Assembly: GCA_043228905.1 (NCBI GenBank) | Contig: JBHGNT010000021.1 | Span: forward strand, 6,820,001-6,884,000 | Direction: 5' to 3' | Origin: Azolla caroliniana | Taxonomy: Eukaryota > Plantae > Polypodiophyta | DNA length: 64,000 bases | Part shown: positions 9,955 to 22,302 of the stretch, in pieces | How positions within the stretch are numbered: position 1 is the stretch's first letter | How the letters are laid out: the number at the start of each line of letters is the position of its first letter | Made by a program: the position numbers and the translations under genes | Notes under the pieces: model-generated | What the model saw: only the letters and a program-made list of their open reading frames with translations | Told to the model about the DNA's origin: nothing | Databases searched by the model: none

Positions 9955-12252
9955 ATCCATCGAAGATCCCGAAACTTGGCACACATATACAGAGAGACTT
10001 TACCAAATCCCAAACCAACCACCCATTCCAATGCCTTCCACACCCCGGCCTACCACGGGGACACTTTTCACGACCTCTAGGGTTATGAAGGTCATAAAGA
10101 AATTACAACATAGGAAGTCCATGGACCACACAGGATTGCGAGCAGAACACATTATATATGCGAGAGAGTGCCTAGCTCCCTTGCTAACTCTAATCTTCAA
10201 TCGTGCCCTTGCGGAGGGTTTTCCACCATAGTGGACTATGAATACAGTGGCCCCCATACATAAAGGGGGGGACCCCATGGACCCAAATACATATAGGACC
10301 ATTATGATAGGCCATACCCTTGCTAAGTTATATGGTGCAGTAATGGAAGCAGAGCTTAGCGACTATATGGAGACCCTAAACCTGAGTGCACCTGAACAAG
10401 CTGGCTTTAGACGAGCCTTCTCCACTATTGATCATATCTTCACACTTAGATGCCTAATTGATCAAACTAAGGCTCGCAAGAAGAAATTATATTGTTGTTT
10501 TGTGGACTTCCGCAAAGCCTTTGACACAGTCCCTAGAGAGCGGTTGTTTGATAGACTTAAAAGCTTGAGGATACTAGATGATATGGTATGGGCTATCTAC
10601 GCACTATATGAACAAGTGTTCGGGTGTGTCTGATGCCCAGGTGGCCTATCTAATCGTTTCACTAGCACTATTGGTGTAAAACAAGGTTGTCCCCTATCAC
10701 CGACGCTTTTTGGGATCTACATTGATGAGATCACAGATTTTATTGCTCTTGAGGGAGGCACCGGAGTGGTCCTTGGGGATACGCAGGTTCGTATCTTGCT
10801 CTATGCGGATGACATAGTTTTTCTCTCTGAATCCGAACACGACCTACAGAGGCACCTTAATGCCTTAGATGACTTTTGTGTACAACGAGGATTGGTAGTG
10901 AATCTAGGGAAAACGAAAGTCCTTATCTTCCACACATCAACCCAAGTTAGAGCTAAGTGTCACCTAACTATCTCCCATAGCCCAATCGAGGTGGTTGGAT
11001 CATACGTCTATCTCGGAGTCACTTTTAGTGCCCACTCAGGTAAATTTTCGATGACACAGGCAGCGAAGGATAGACTCACGAGAGGACATGCATCCCTCTC
11101 ATTCCTAGAGAGACAATGCCAGCAAGCACACTTTCAAGAGCCACGGACTAAAGGGTGGCTCTTTGAATCATTAGTGACCCCCTCCCTCATGTATGCATTA
11201 GCGGTTTGGGCTCCAGGATTACCATCTTTCATGTGGACGCAATTAGAGAGACCATTGGTGATGATGCAATCACGCCAACTCCGAAGCAAATCGACTGTAC
11301 CACATGACATTATTAGGGCTGAGTTCACGTTACCCCCAATGTTAGTAGAGGCACTTTTTCAACTTGTACTATAAGCAACACTTCATGCACTTCTCTGAGT
11401 TAGGTTTTATCACGCGGCCAAAATATCTAGATGTATTCTTACCACATGCACTAAGGGTTGCCATTGGACAACTTAGAATATCATCTCACCAACTTGAGAT
11501 TGAGAATGGTCGTACTAGTGGAGTCCCTAGGGAGGAAAGGATATGTAGGTTATGTCACATAGAGATAGAGGATGAGTACCACTTTACATGCAAGTGTCCA
11601 ACCTATGCCGAGATAAGGGAAAAATACCAAGACATACTTGGTCCGTCTCCCACCCTCCCCAAACTATTAGATACTCTAGATATAAAGAAATTAGGCAAAT
11701 ACATTCTAGAGCTAAAACAACACAGAGAGAATAAGTTACAAAATGTTGACAATAATGTTGCTAATGATCACGAACATGTAACAAATGAAGTTTTTCAGGA
11801 ACCTAAGGAGACAACGAATGCCGACACACTTGCACCACTTGGCCTTTCCATTGATGAGGCAGAAAACCAGAGAAGAACCAGACGTCCTCGGGTGCCGGGT
11901 TTCAAAGCAACTCGACGTGATGTGGAAGCAATATTGAAAATAAGGGAAAGTGAGCTACACCGCCTAGAAGCAATGGCTAGGGCACTCTCTACATTGGAAC
12001 CCACATCAAGACCCTTTGACCCCCCACTTCTTTTCGAGAGGCTTGGGTGGAAATAAAATTAGGCTAAGTGTATAGTCACTTTCGAGTATACTACATATTG
12101 TACACTACTAGAACTCTTTTAGTTTAAGTTCTATTTTTTACTTAATTTTATTTTAGTTATGATGACTGGATAAATACTCTTTTGTTGTAAACCAATTGTC
12201 TCATGGGCAAAATTTGGCCTTAGAAAACGTTAATATATCTTTCTTTCTTTCT
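9955..12252 (+). mobile_element. 5'-truncated RTEX-like LINE (RT plus C-terminal Cys/His motif), internally deleted near 11368
   Basis: QAGFRRAFSTIDHIF, FVDFRKAFDTV, GVKQGCPLSPTLF, LLYADD, then SHQLEIENGR..REERICRLC..EDEYHFTCKCPTY; 3' UTR ends in a (CTTT)n tail. Same family as 46054-48102. Confidence 0.85.
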
Positions 12253-12814
12253 AAGTTCTCTCACTAGTACCGCCTCTTGAGAAAGAGGTCGTGTCTTAAC
12301 TACTTAAAGAATATGTGGCATAGGACATTAACTTCTATGACACACTAGTTACTATACAAGGAAGTGGGGTGTGCACACACTTGAGTATCCTAGAGTGTGT
12401 TCCCACTCATGGGAATATGAGTTGGATTATGAACATATTGCATGATGCCTTTTTCATTGTAATGAGGGTATAACATATCAAGGATGAGAGGCAAGTAATA
12501 GAGATTGACATGCCATGGGTTTGTGCCAAGGTTCATATTTTCTAAATGGCCAATCGATTATTTGGGACACTTTATATTGTCAAAGGTTTTTGAAAGCTCA
12601 CTATTGATCTAGAAGCATGCATTGAATGACCATTTCATGCAATGTTGCCTCATGCCTTGCTCCTTTGAGTATTTGGTTGAACTAGGGGTCTATTTCTTTC
12701 TTTATGGCCCTTTTTCTTTTAAGACATCATTTTATTTTGTTCTAATACTTGGTCTAGGCCATTGTGTTTAGGAGACATTGTGGTGTTAAGCACCCACCAA
12801 ACACAATGTGACCC

Positions 12815-13164
12815 ATAGCCGAGCCGAGTGACAGGATTATTCTCTCTAGAAGAGCGTCAAAGTTTTTGGCTTGCCGATGTGAGCGTTGTACTCCGGGTGT
12901 CCGCATGATGGGTACACCAAACTGACTGTCTAGTGATGGAGCTGACACATCCGAATCATTGTCGTCGGGGTGGTCGACTTCGTATCTGGGCATCTTACCT
13001 TTGCCTTTGTCAAAGTTCAGACTTGGCTGCAACGTGCTTGGAAGGCTTGAAGGCTTAGGTGGGCTCGGATTGTCCTTTGGTAGAGGACTTGGCCGAATAT
13101 CGTCCTCCGAGTTGATGTTCAACTCTCCTCGGTCGAGTCGGGTGGAGCTAAATCAGGCTTATAT
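12815..13164 (-). pseudogene. probable copia integrase-RT linker fragment
   Basis: Low-complexity ORF 12754-13122 (DKGKGKMPRYEVD..SLDSQFGVPIMRTPGV) resembling a copia INT-RT spacer; no catalytic motif seen. Confidence 0.35.
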
Positions 13165-14469
13165 TGTTAGAAATCAACCGGCCACAACCGGTTTCACGTT
13201 CGTATTCGTGTGTAGAGAACAAGAAGTAGTACACAGACAGAAATATGTGCAGACACAGAGACACCGATATTTTACATGGAAAACCCGAAATGGGAAAAAC
13301 CACGTGGGTCCACAAGCCCAAGAAAATATATCACTATAGTAGAGAGGAAGTACAAATACGGAACTCGAAGGAAACGACCTCGAGTTCTCCTTCGTCTGAC
13401 AGACAGCTATAGAGTTAGACTCTCACACTCTCACTTACGGTTATAGAGGCAACTACCTCATTCTAACTTTTTCAATAATGATCAACTACGTACTTACTAA
13501 AGTTTGCCCTAGTTGCTTATAAACAAAAGCAACTTTCTGGCTATTTACAAGTATAACCCACAAGGGCATTTTAGACTATTTACAATTATAGTCTTTCGAA
13601 ACGATTTCGGTTTTCAATTTCAGTTTTGGTTTCGGCCTAAATACTCACCAACACAGTCCTTCTCTTCCCATCCGGAGGGACATGTTTTCCAACAAAATCC
13701 CCCTTTACTCCGGCATGGGGTACTTCATCAAACCGACTCTTTGTCGGGCACACGTTTAGCTTTTCGGCTGACAACACCTTCGTCAGCATATCCGATCCAT
13801 TTTCGGTTGTGTGGATCTTCACTAGAACTCCGTTTCTTCTATTCGCTCTCGGAGCCAATGATATCTTCTCTGGATGTGTTTGGTCCTCGAGTGGTAGGTG
13901 GCATTTTTCGGAAGGTGGATGACACTCTAGTTATCACAATGGAGTTCGAATTCCTCTTGCCAAATTCCCAGCTCACCGATAAACTCCTTCATGCATATGA
14001 TTTCCTTGCCGGCTTCCGTAGTTGACAGCGCCACGGCCTTCTGTAGCCTCGACTGCCACAAACCGGCTCCCCCGTCATAGTCATTACGTACCCGGACATG
14101 GATCGGCTGGTATGCACATCAACCGACATGTCTGAGTTAGTATAACCTTCCACATCAGCCGACATGTCCGAGTCAGTATAACCTTCCAGTGTGGGGTTAC
14201 CTGAACCGAAACACTGACACACGTTCGAGGTGCCTTTTGGGTATCGAAGTATCTACTTCACGGTAGTCCAATGCTCTCTTTCGAGGTTGCTCATGTATCG
14301 GCTAACCACGCCGACTACATATCCTATGTCCGGCCTAGTACATACCATCGTGTACATCAGGCTTCCGATTGCCAAGGCATAAGAAACCTTTGACATCTCG
14401 GCCTTCGATTTTGGACATTGTTCTATGCTTAGCTAGCAATTCGTTGGCAGTGTCGAGCCGACCGGTTTC
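13165..14469 (-). mobile_element. 3' portion of a copia element (RT end, RNaseH, PPT, 3' LTR 13165-13694)
   Basis: LEGYTDSDMSADV and KIHT..NGSDMLTK; PPT GTAAAGGGGGATTT; the LTR start contains GTCCCTCCGGATGGGA like the LTRs at 45377 and 55695. Confidence 0.85.
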
Positions 14470-14883
14470 TGTCATGATATGGCAAGATTTGAACCCATGA
14501 CCTTATGTTACATGGGTCGAGCTCTTGACCATTAGACTATATATTGTAATACGAAGAATATTATTTTCATTTAAGTTTTAGTATTAGAAAATAGATGTAT
14601 ATTCTGGATTTCTCTGGAACATTCTAGAAACTTCAGGAGTACTCCTGAGAACACTATAAAAGGAGGCACAAGGCATTATTTCGAACCAAATCGGTTCAAC
14701 ATTAGTCTTAAACCTCCTAGCTACTACTGTATATTCTCTTCACAAAATATATATCTTTTGTTATCATCATTCTCTCTCTCTCTCACTCACTCTTTCCTTC
14801 TCTCGAGAGTTCTACACCTCCCTTAGTACTAATCCTCATCTTTTAGTACTAATTCTTTCTCTGTCTTAGTACTGTTCCTAAAA
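14470..14883 (+). repeat. 5' LTR
   Basis: Starts TGTCATGATATGG; TATAAAA at 14655; matches 18927-19253 and the reverse complement of 2090-2534. Confidence 0.85.
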
Positions 14884-14963
14884 ATTTGAACCGATTTTCA
14901 GTCTCCTTCCTTCTCTTCCTTTTATCTTCTTACTAATCTCGTATTCCTCTTTTCTCTAATACT

Positions 14964-16101
14964 ATGGCCACTATTAGCGCTCAAGAATATCAATCCGTTT
15001 TCTCAGAGTTGCAATGCTTGAAAGAGAAGTTTCTCGCATTGGAACAAGAAAATCAACGACTGTTGGGGGAGCTACAACAAATCTCCTTAGAGAAGCAATA
15101 GAAGCAACAACAACATGGGGAACTAGTGTTACGCATGCAACAGGTCGAAGCGACCATTGTAGCGTTGCAACAACAAGAACCAAGTACGCAAGCGATTAAT
15201 AAAGAACCCAAGATCGGCCTTCCTATGAAATTCGATGGAAGGTGATTACAGTTTAGAGGATTCCTTAATCAGGTACGATTAGTCATTCAAATGCATCCTT
15301 CCTGATATCCCACCGATGCATCACGAGTGGGTCTAGTAGGCATGTTGTTAAGTGGCTCAGCTTTCGCATGGTTCACGCCGTTGTTAGAAAAGGAATCTCC
15401 ATTACTAAACAATTTTGAAGAGTTTATAAGTGAGTTTAAAGCCTGTTTTGGAGATACTGATAGCATAAGGACAACAATCAACAAAATCCGTCGATTACGT
15501 CAAGGTGATTGTGTAGCCTCCACATACGCTGCAGATTTCCGTCTACTCGCCTCTAATATCCCATGGGATGACCAAACATTAATGGAGCAATTTCATTATG
15601 GCCTACGTAATGATGTCAAGGATTTACTCTTGACCTTCCGCGAAGACCAAAGTCATTGACAGAAGCAATCAATCGCGTAGTACGATGCGATAACCGCCTC
15701 TTCGAACGACGTTCAGAACACCAATTTCAAATGCCGAGGGCAAGATCGGAGCCCACCTACACTTCAGTTGTAGCAAACCCTTTCCCAAGGGAGTCGTTTA
15801 ATACATCTCCAACAAATACTCTGACTCCAATGGAAATCGACACCACACGTTGTCGCAGACCACTATCAGAAGAAGAAAAGCAGCAATGCCGGGCAAATCG
15901 GTTATGTCTTTATTGCGGTGGACCGGGGCATATTACAGTGAACTGTCGCCATCGTCCAAGTAGGTAAATCAAATAACCGCTAGTACTAATAGTACTAAAC
16001 CCGATTCTATTTCTCTAGGTGTCTCCGATAGTCCTAATAGCCCAACCCTTTCAAACAAATTTGAAATCCTTACTCAACTAGAAGAAGAGTTAAACGATTA
16101 A
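14964..16101 (+). pseudogene. gag: gypsy gag with stops and frameshifts
   Basis: MATISAQEYQ start, LLSGSAFAWF, CLYCGGPGHITVNC; ends ELND-stop. Confidence 0.85.
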
Positions 16102-18926
16102 GTCTAGCCAAAATAGGAGTCGTTTGGTTGGACAACCCTAGATCTGTGCAACCCATTAGTGGTTTCATTTCCTCTAAGCAAGTTAGCAATGTGTTCCTAG
16201 CTCAAGTAATGGTTAGTACTAAAAGTACTCCTCCAGTACATGTCTTAACACTTAGATTCCGGAGCCAACTCTTGCTTCATGGATAGGAATTTTGCCCAAG
16301 CTCATCAGATATCCCTAAGAAAACTTTCTTGCCCAACATTTGTAGTAGTTATTGATGGTCGTCCCATTGCTTCTGGAAAAATCATAGAAGAGTCAGAGCC
16401 GATTCAAGTTGTCCTAGATAACTTGGTGTGTGTAGTATCATTTAATATAATTAGTAGTCCAGATAATCCAATTGTCTTGGGGTTACTGTGGTTCAAATTA
16501 CATAACCCAGACATAGATTGGAGAACAAGAGAAATCCGATATCAACAAATCCGAGGATCTACTCAGAAGATTGCAACCATTTCGCTACATCAATTGCGTG
16601 AGGAAGGACACAAGGAAACAACGTTTGTCTTCGCGGTATCAGTAAAACCTTCCAACACTACTAAAGAGGAATCCACAATTCAATTTCCAGAGAAGTATCG
16701 TCAGTATGCCGATGTGTTCGATAAGGTACTTGGCCAATACGCTTCCTCACCACCGATCGTATGATTTCCCTATTGATTTACAACCGGGAAAAGAGCCACC
16801 ATGGGGACCGATCTACAATTTGTCACCAAACGAGCTAGAAGTCCTTCGAGCCTATATAGAGGAGAATTTGGCAAACGGTTTCATTAAACATTCGAAATCT
16901 CCAACCGACGCACCCATTTTCTTCGTCAAAAAAAAGGATGGATCACTTCGTCTCGTCGTAGACTATCGCGGCTTGAATAAGTTCACCATTAGGAATAGGT
17001 ATGCACTTCCCCTTATCTCAAGTCTTTTAGAACGGATCAATGGTGCAAGGTTCTTCACAAATATCAACTTACGAGGAGCATATAACCTCGTACGGATCCG
17101 ACCAGGAGATGAATGGAAGACCGCGTTCTGCACTAGATATGGGCACTTCGAGTATACGATCATGCCATTCGATCTCACTAATGCACTAGCAGTCTTCCAG
17201 CACATGGCAAATGATATATTCCGAGATCTCTTGGAAGTTTGTTTGATCATCTATTTGGATGATCTACTGGTTTATTCGAAGACCCAAGAAGGGCATGATT
17301 CTCATGTACTGTTAGTACTAACACAACTCCGAGAACATGGTCTTTATGCAAAACTAGAAAAATGTAGGCTCTTTGAGTGCAACCAGGTGGAATTTTTGGG
17401 CTATGTCATCTCCTCGGAAGGCATCTCCATGGATCCAGCTATGGTCAAAACGGTGGTAGAATGGCAGACTCCACGTTCGTTACGAGATGTGCAATGCTTT
17501 TTAGGCTTTGCCAATTTCTACCGTAAGTTTATATAGGATTACTCAAAGTTTGTTCTACCTCTCACAGAGCTTATCAGGAAGGGACAATCGTTCGTTTGGT
17601 CTGAAGAAGTGGTCATGGCTTTTGAGAGTCTTAAGAAGGCATTTACATCAACTCCTATTCTAGCTCATGTTGATCTGTAAAAACCATTCATCATTGAGGC
17701 AGACGCGTCAAATTTCACCTTGGGTAGCATTTTGTCACAACAAGGCAATGATGAAAAGCTACATCCTGTGGCTTTCCACTCACGCAAGTTTGATGCCACT
17801 GAAATCAACTATGAAATTCATGATAATGAGCTATTAGCAATAGTGGACTCTTTTACGCAATGGAGGCATTTCCTAGAGGGATCTTCTCATCAAGTCACCA
17901 TATTCAATGATCACAAAAACCTTGCCTATTTTCAGAATGCTCGTGTGTTAAATCGACATCAAGCTCAATGGGCCCAATTCCTCACTCATTTTGACTTCAA
18001 AATTACATATTGTCTGGGAAAGCAACAAGGGAAGGCATATGCATTATCACGACACTTGTATCTAGCACCGCGTCCTGGCGAGCCAACTTTCGATAACCAA
18101 AAGCAAGTAATCCTAGGACCGGCACGACTACAAGCAACGCAGGCAGGTCTTCGGTATGCCATTAGATTTCCCACGTTATCGATACCATTAGACAGATGCT
18201 TTCGTCCAAGCCATTCTCGCACAAATTGATCCCTCTCGAGCATCTTGTTCACAATCGCAACAACAAGGTACAGACTATTGACAATTCTTATGTCATGATG
18301 GATTACTATTCTTTAAGAAACTCTTGTATGTTCCTAATGGTTCTTGTCATCTTCGAGTAGTCCAAAACTGTCATGGCACATATACAGCTGGCCGCAAGAT
18401 ACAAGCGGATTTATCTACTCATCTACAACAAGCTCAACAAACACACAAGGTTTATGCGGATCGTCATCGGCTTCCATCTAGTTTTAACATTGGAGATCGG
18501 GTATGGCTACTACGACGACACATCAAGACTACTCGCCCATGCGAGAAGTTGGATTATCGGTGATTAGGTCCTTTCCGTATTATCAATAAAATTAATGATG
18601 ACGCTTTTCATCTCAATCTACCTCCGCAACTACGGATACATCTAGTGTTTCATACTTCTCTCCTAGAATCATATCAAGACAACACCATGCCAGGTCGTAT
18701 TAAACCACATCCACCCCCGATCGAACTTGAAGATGGACCTGTGCGAGGTTGTCACCATCCTCGATTCCAAGATTGTTCGCAACAAGCTCTACTATTTAGT
18801 CGATTGGCTAGGATATAGTCCCAAGGAGTGTACTTGGGAACCAATAGAGAATGTGACCAATGCTCGTGCTCTTCTTGAAGACTTCCATCGTCAATATCTA
18901 GACAAACCGGGTCCTCAATCCAAAAC
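16089..18926 (+). pseudogene. pol: gypsy pol (PR-RT-RH-partial INT-chromodomain)
   Basis: ORFs 16279-16764, 16706-17536, 17720-18229, 18324-18563 and 18727-19104 carry the motifs in order; HGTYTAG is joined directly to post-core integrase sequence at about 18390. Confidence 0.88.
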
Positions 18927-19253
18927 GACTATATATTGTAATACAAAGGATATTATTTTTACTATAGAAAACAAATGTATATTCCGGATTTCTCTGGAAC
19001 ATTCTAGAAACTTTAGGAGTACTCCTGAGAACACTATAAAAGGAGGCACAAGGCATTATTTCGAACCAAATCGGTTCAACGCCAGTCTTAAGCCTCCTAG
19101 CTAGTACTATATATTCTCTTCACATAATATATATCCGTTGTTATCATCATTCACTCTCTCTCTCTCCTTCTCTTGAGAGTTCTACACCTCCCTTAGTACT
19201 AATCCTCATCTTTTAGTACTAATTCCTGCTCTGTCTTAATACTATTCTTGAAG
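18927..19253 (+). repeat. 3' LTR, missing its first ~65 bp
   Basis: Matches 14536-14883. Confidence 0.8.
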
Positions 19254-19254
19254 A

Positions 19255-19775
19255 CGCACAAAGAATAAAGAGAAATATACAAGTGTTAATTAGACATTGA
19301 AGTGCTTAGAAACACTCAAAGTAAAGAGTGTAAATTTGCAGTGTGATGTCTCTAAGTTGCAGACAATCAAATAGGGATTGCTTAAAGAAGCGAACTTCAT
19401 GCAGTTAGTTTTGATCAAAGATCTTATTATGACGGGCCATCCAAATGGTTTAGAGGGCCCAAAAACTTGTCCATCGGAGAAAATAGGCATTGTTGGATAG
19501 GGCGAACAGAATTTGTCCAAATAGCCAAAAGTGTTTCCCAAACCTTTGGCCAAGAAATCCGTGAGAAAGAGATGTACTTGGTCTTTGTGAAAATGTTGTA
19601 GTGAATGAGTAAGTCCAGAATAAGTGTGGGATTGTTTCCAATCGTCCACCACATCTTGCACAATGCGGGTGGCTATCGATCATCGAGCACACCCAATAGG
19701 CATCTCCATAGGAATACCCATTGCGGGTGGAAGACTAGAGCTCCATAAGGGTGTAAGTTTGTTTTTCCACTAGGA
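19255..19775 (-). pseudogene. L1-like LINE 3' fragment (zf-RVT-type motif)
   Basis: HCARCGGRLETIPHLFW in ORF 19450-19692. Confidence 0.55.
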
Positions 19776-19779
19776 CTGT

Positions 19780-20530
19780 ATTTTGTTCTTTCGTACAAAG
19801 TTCATCATTTAAGGGAGATGGTAACTCCACATCAATTTTGACAAAACTTTCATTGGATCAAAAGATGTACTAGTATTAGTGATCATGTGGTTTTATCGAG
19901 TAGTTTAAGGCAATTTAATTAAACTAATCGATTGTAATGTTTCATTAATATTGAATTATATGTCTTTCTTTGTGTTGTATCCTTTGTTTATTATGCCAAA
20001 CCATTTTAGTGGAGTGGAAACTTGTGGCTCTTCTTCTTATGATGTTTTTTATTTAAGGTCTATGGTAAGAAATAGTTAAGTATGAGAGTTCTTTTGTATT
20101 GACCATACACATTCATTGCAAGTTGTAACCTTCAGTCTTTAATATGTCAAGTAACTAAAGTAATTGCGGATTTAATGATTCCCTTTCATTAGGTCACTTG
20201 GGCCGAGTGGTTAAGGTGTGTGCTTGCTAAGTACATGGGTTTCCCTTATGAGAGTTCAAATCTCTCAAGGGTGACAAAGAAACTCTCGTTTCTTACACTT
20301 CAATATGTAATCCTATATGGTCAACCATACGAGGGGGTGTTTTATTCTTTCATACAATGTTCATCATTTACGGGAGATGTCAATCCCACATCAAATTTAG
20401 CAAAACTTTCATTACATCAAAACATGTACTAGTATCAGTGATCATGTGGTTTTATCGAGTAGCTTAAGGCACTTTAATTAAACCAATAGATTATAATGTT
20501 TCCTTAATGCTAAATTATATGGCTTTCTTT
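19780..20530 (+). repeat. right segment of the tRNA-Ser tandem array
   Basis: Spacer sequence matches 7670-8030 and 8180-8590; contains one tRNA copy. Confidence 0.88.
20193..20276 (+). pseudogene. tRNA-Ser(GCT)-derived copy
   Basis: GTCACTTGGGCCGAGTGGTTAAGGTGTGTGCTTGCTAAGTACATGGGTTTCCCTTATGAGAGTTCAAATCTCTCAAGGGTGACA; GCT anticodon intact, small insertion in the 3' acceptor strand. Confidence 0.7.
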
Positions 20531-20532
20531 CT

Positions 20533-20581
<49 letters not shown>

Positions 20582-20599
20582 GCATCATGGTATCAAAAT

Positions 20600-20939
20600 G
20601 TAACGAATTTGAAGACATGTAAAGTAAAGTTTGCAATGAAGGCATGGTAGAGGATGAATGTCACTTGCTCTTCACATGCTCGACATATAGTGCCATTCGT
20701 TCAAGATATGTTGACATACTAATAGGGAGTGATAACCTAAGTGCCATACTTAAGACACCACCTAGAAGGTTGAGCTCATATGTGTATGCTTTACTAACAC
20801 ATAGAGAGTTTGTGCTTCAACATATGAATACCCCTTCTTAGGGAGGAGACATATATCAAGAACACATGTATACTTTGGTCCCATAGGTCAAAATTGGCCT
20901 CTTTATGGACGATAAAAATTCTAATTCTAATTCTAATTC
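20600..20939 (+). mobile_element. short 3' fragment of an RTEX-like LINE
   Basis: VCNEGMVEDECHLLFTCSTYSAIRSRY motif; ends ATAAAA followed by an (ATTCTA)n tail at about 20917-20939. Confidence 0.7.
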
Positions 20940-21240
20940 ACTCTCTCTATCACGACTCTTCCAGCCGTTGCCGTTGCCATCTATTATCGCCGCCGTCTGT
21001 TGCCGCTGTCGTCATCTACCGTCGTTGGTTCTTGGCCGTCACTGTCGGGTGTAGTCGTTGCCGTTGTCGTCGTTGTCGGTTGCCACTATCACCTACGCTT
21101 TTGACGACGACATCGGTTGAGTAAACGAGAGAACATATACATGTGCTTCTGCACTCGAACCTAGAGCGCAAGGCATCGATGCTCGGCTAATTTTTTCTAT
21201 CCTTTTTGTCTTTTCTTTCTTTTATCTTTTGAATTACAAC

Positions 21241-21583
21241 ATGACTTCTAGACAAAACCATAAGGAAACACACGAAGAAATTATGTAAGGAAGAATTTTT
21301 AGATGTCCTTAACCGTTTAGTTAAAATAGAAAAATGGGTGAAAGAGATTGAAGCTGAACAACAAAAAGATAAGGAAGAAAAAGAAGTGCTTATTGCTGAA
21401 GTAGCGAAACTTAAAGTAGACAATGTGAACCTTCAAAAACAAATTAAGGACCTTGAGACATCTAGGGAAGATGGTGAAATATCTTCCCTAGAGGATATTA
21501 AGGACGAGATCAAAAAGGTTAAGGAAGAGGTTAAAAGTGATATGGAATTAGCAAAAACTGGGTGGGTTGATGTAGTAAAAAGT
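21241..21583 (+). pseudogene. LINE ORF1 N-terminal coiled-coil part
   Basis: EVAKLKVDNVNLQKQIKDLE..IKDEIKKVKEEVK..GWVDVVKS, interrupted by the LTR at 21584. Confidence 0.7.
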
Positions 21584-22229
21584 TGTCGAGGTATTCCTCG
21601 CGGATGCGTGGAATGAGGCGGGACCTCGGGGGTCTTGTACCGAAGAGCAAGAGAGAAAGGAGAACGGAAGAGACCCACTACGTGCGAGCGTAGATTCACA
21701 GGGACACGGCCCTTCGACACAAGACGCGAGCGGGAAACCGACACAGAGAGACACGAAGTTATGTATGTATATATTATCAGAGACAAACAACAAGAAACAC
21801 GAGTTCGGTTACAACCGAACAGACCGGCGAACAGATGCCGATGCCTGTTCGTAAACGCTCAGAAAGAAAGGAGTAGATTAGAGGTGCTGCCGGAAGCACT
21901 CGGGCATTCCTCAAAGCAGCGCGAGCCTCCCGAAAACCTGCACAGAAAGAAGCTGCCGAGTATGGAAGAGAGAGAAGCCTTCGGTCGACAACCCGACAAC
22001 ACTTCGTCCCCTCTCTAAAACGCGATCCCATCCCCCTTCTCATCTCCCTCCCTTTATAGGCAAGGAAGGAGCCGTTTCCCCTTTACTTCCTACCCACTAA
22101 ATCTACCTACCTAGGATCTCCTATGTACCTAATTCTCCCTTATGTACAATATAAGGCGTACGGGCATGAAGAGCCGGTTCCTACGCCCCGGTGCACCGAT
22201 TCCGCTTGTGGACGGTTTTCTTCACGACA
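21584..22229 (-). repeat. 3' LTR (646 bp)
   Basis: TGTCG...CGACA; direct repeat of 27967-28612; adjacent purine tract AGGTGGGGGCGGA on the minus strand. Confidence 0.95.
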
Positions 22230-22302
22230 TCCGCCCCCACCTAACCGCGCATCCTCCGGCATGCGCCAAATTGAGTTGGGACGGAGAAAACTGGTCCAGC
22301 CT

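Larger units (their letters stand above)
14470..19253 (+). mobile_element. chromovirus-type (Tcn1/Tf1-like) gypsy, degenerate; integrase core and PPT deleted
   Basis: 5' LTR 14470-14883, gag 14964-16101, PR, RT (YLDD), RNaseH (EADAS..NYEIHDNELLAI), GPY/F region, chromodomain YLVDWLGYSPKECTWEP; 5'-truncated 3' LTR 18927-19253. No matching TSD. Confidence 0.9.

Noticed and set aside
12361-12410. Imperfect palindrome as a Helitron 3' hairpin or MITE
   Set aside because: No correctly spaced CTRR end, terminal inverted repeat or TSD could be identified.
20538-20578. (CT)n and (AG)n tracts here and in several LTRs
   Set aside because: Ordinary microsatellites; the RERERE and SLSLSL ORFs are artefacts of them.
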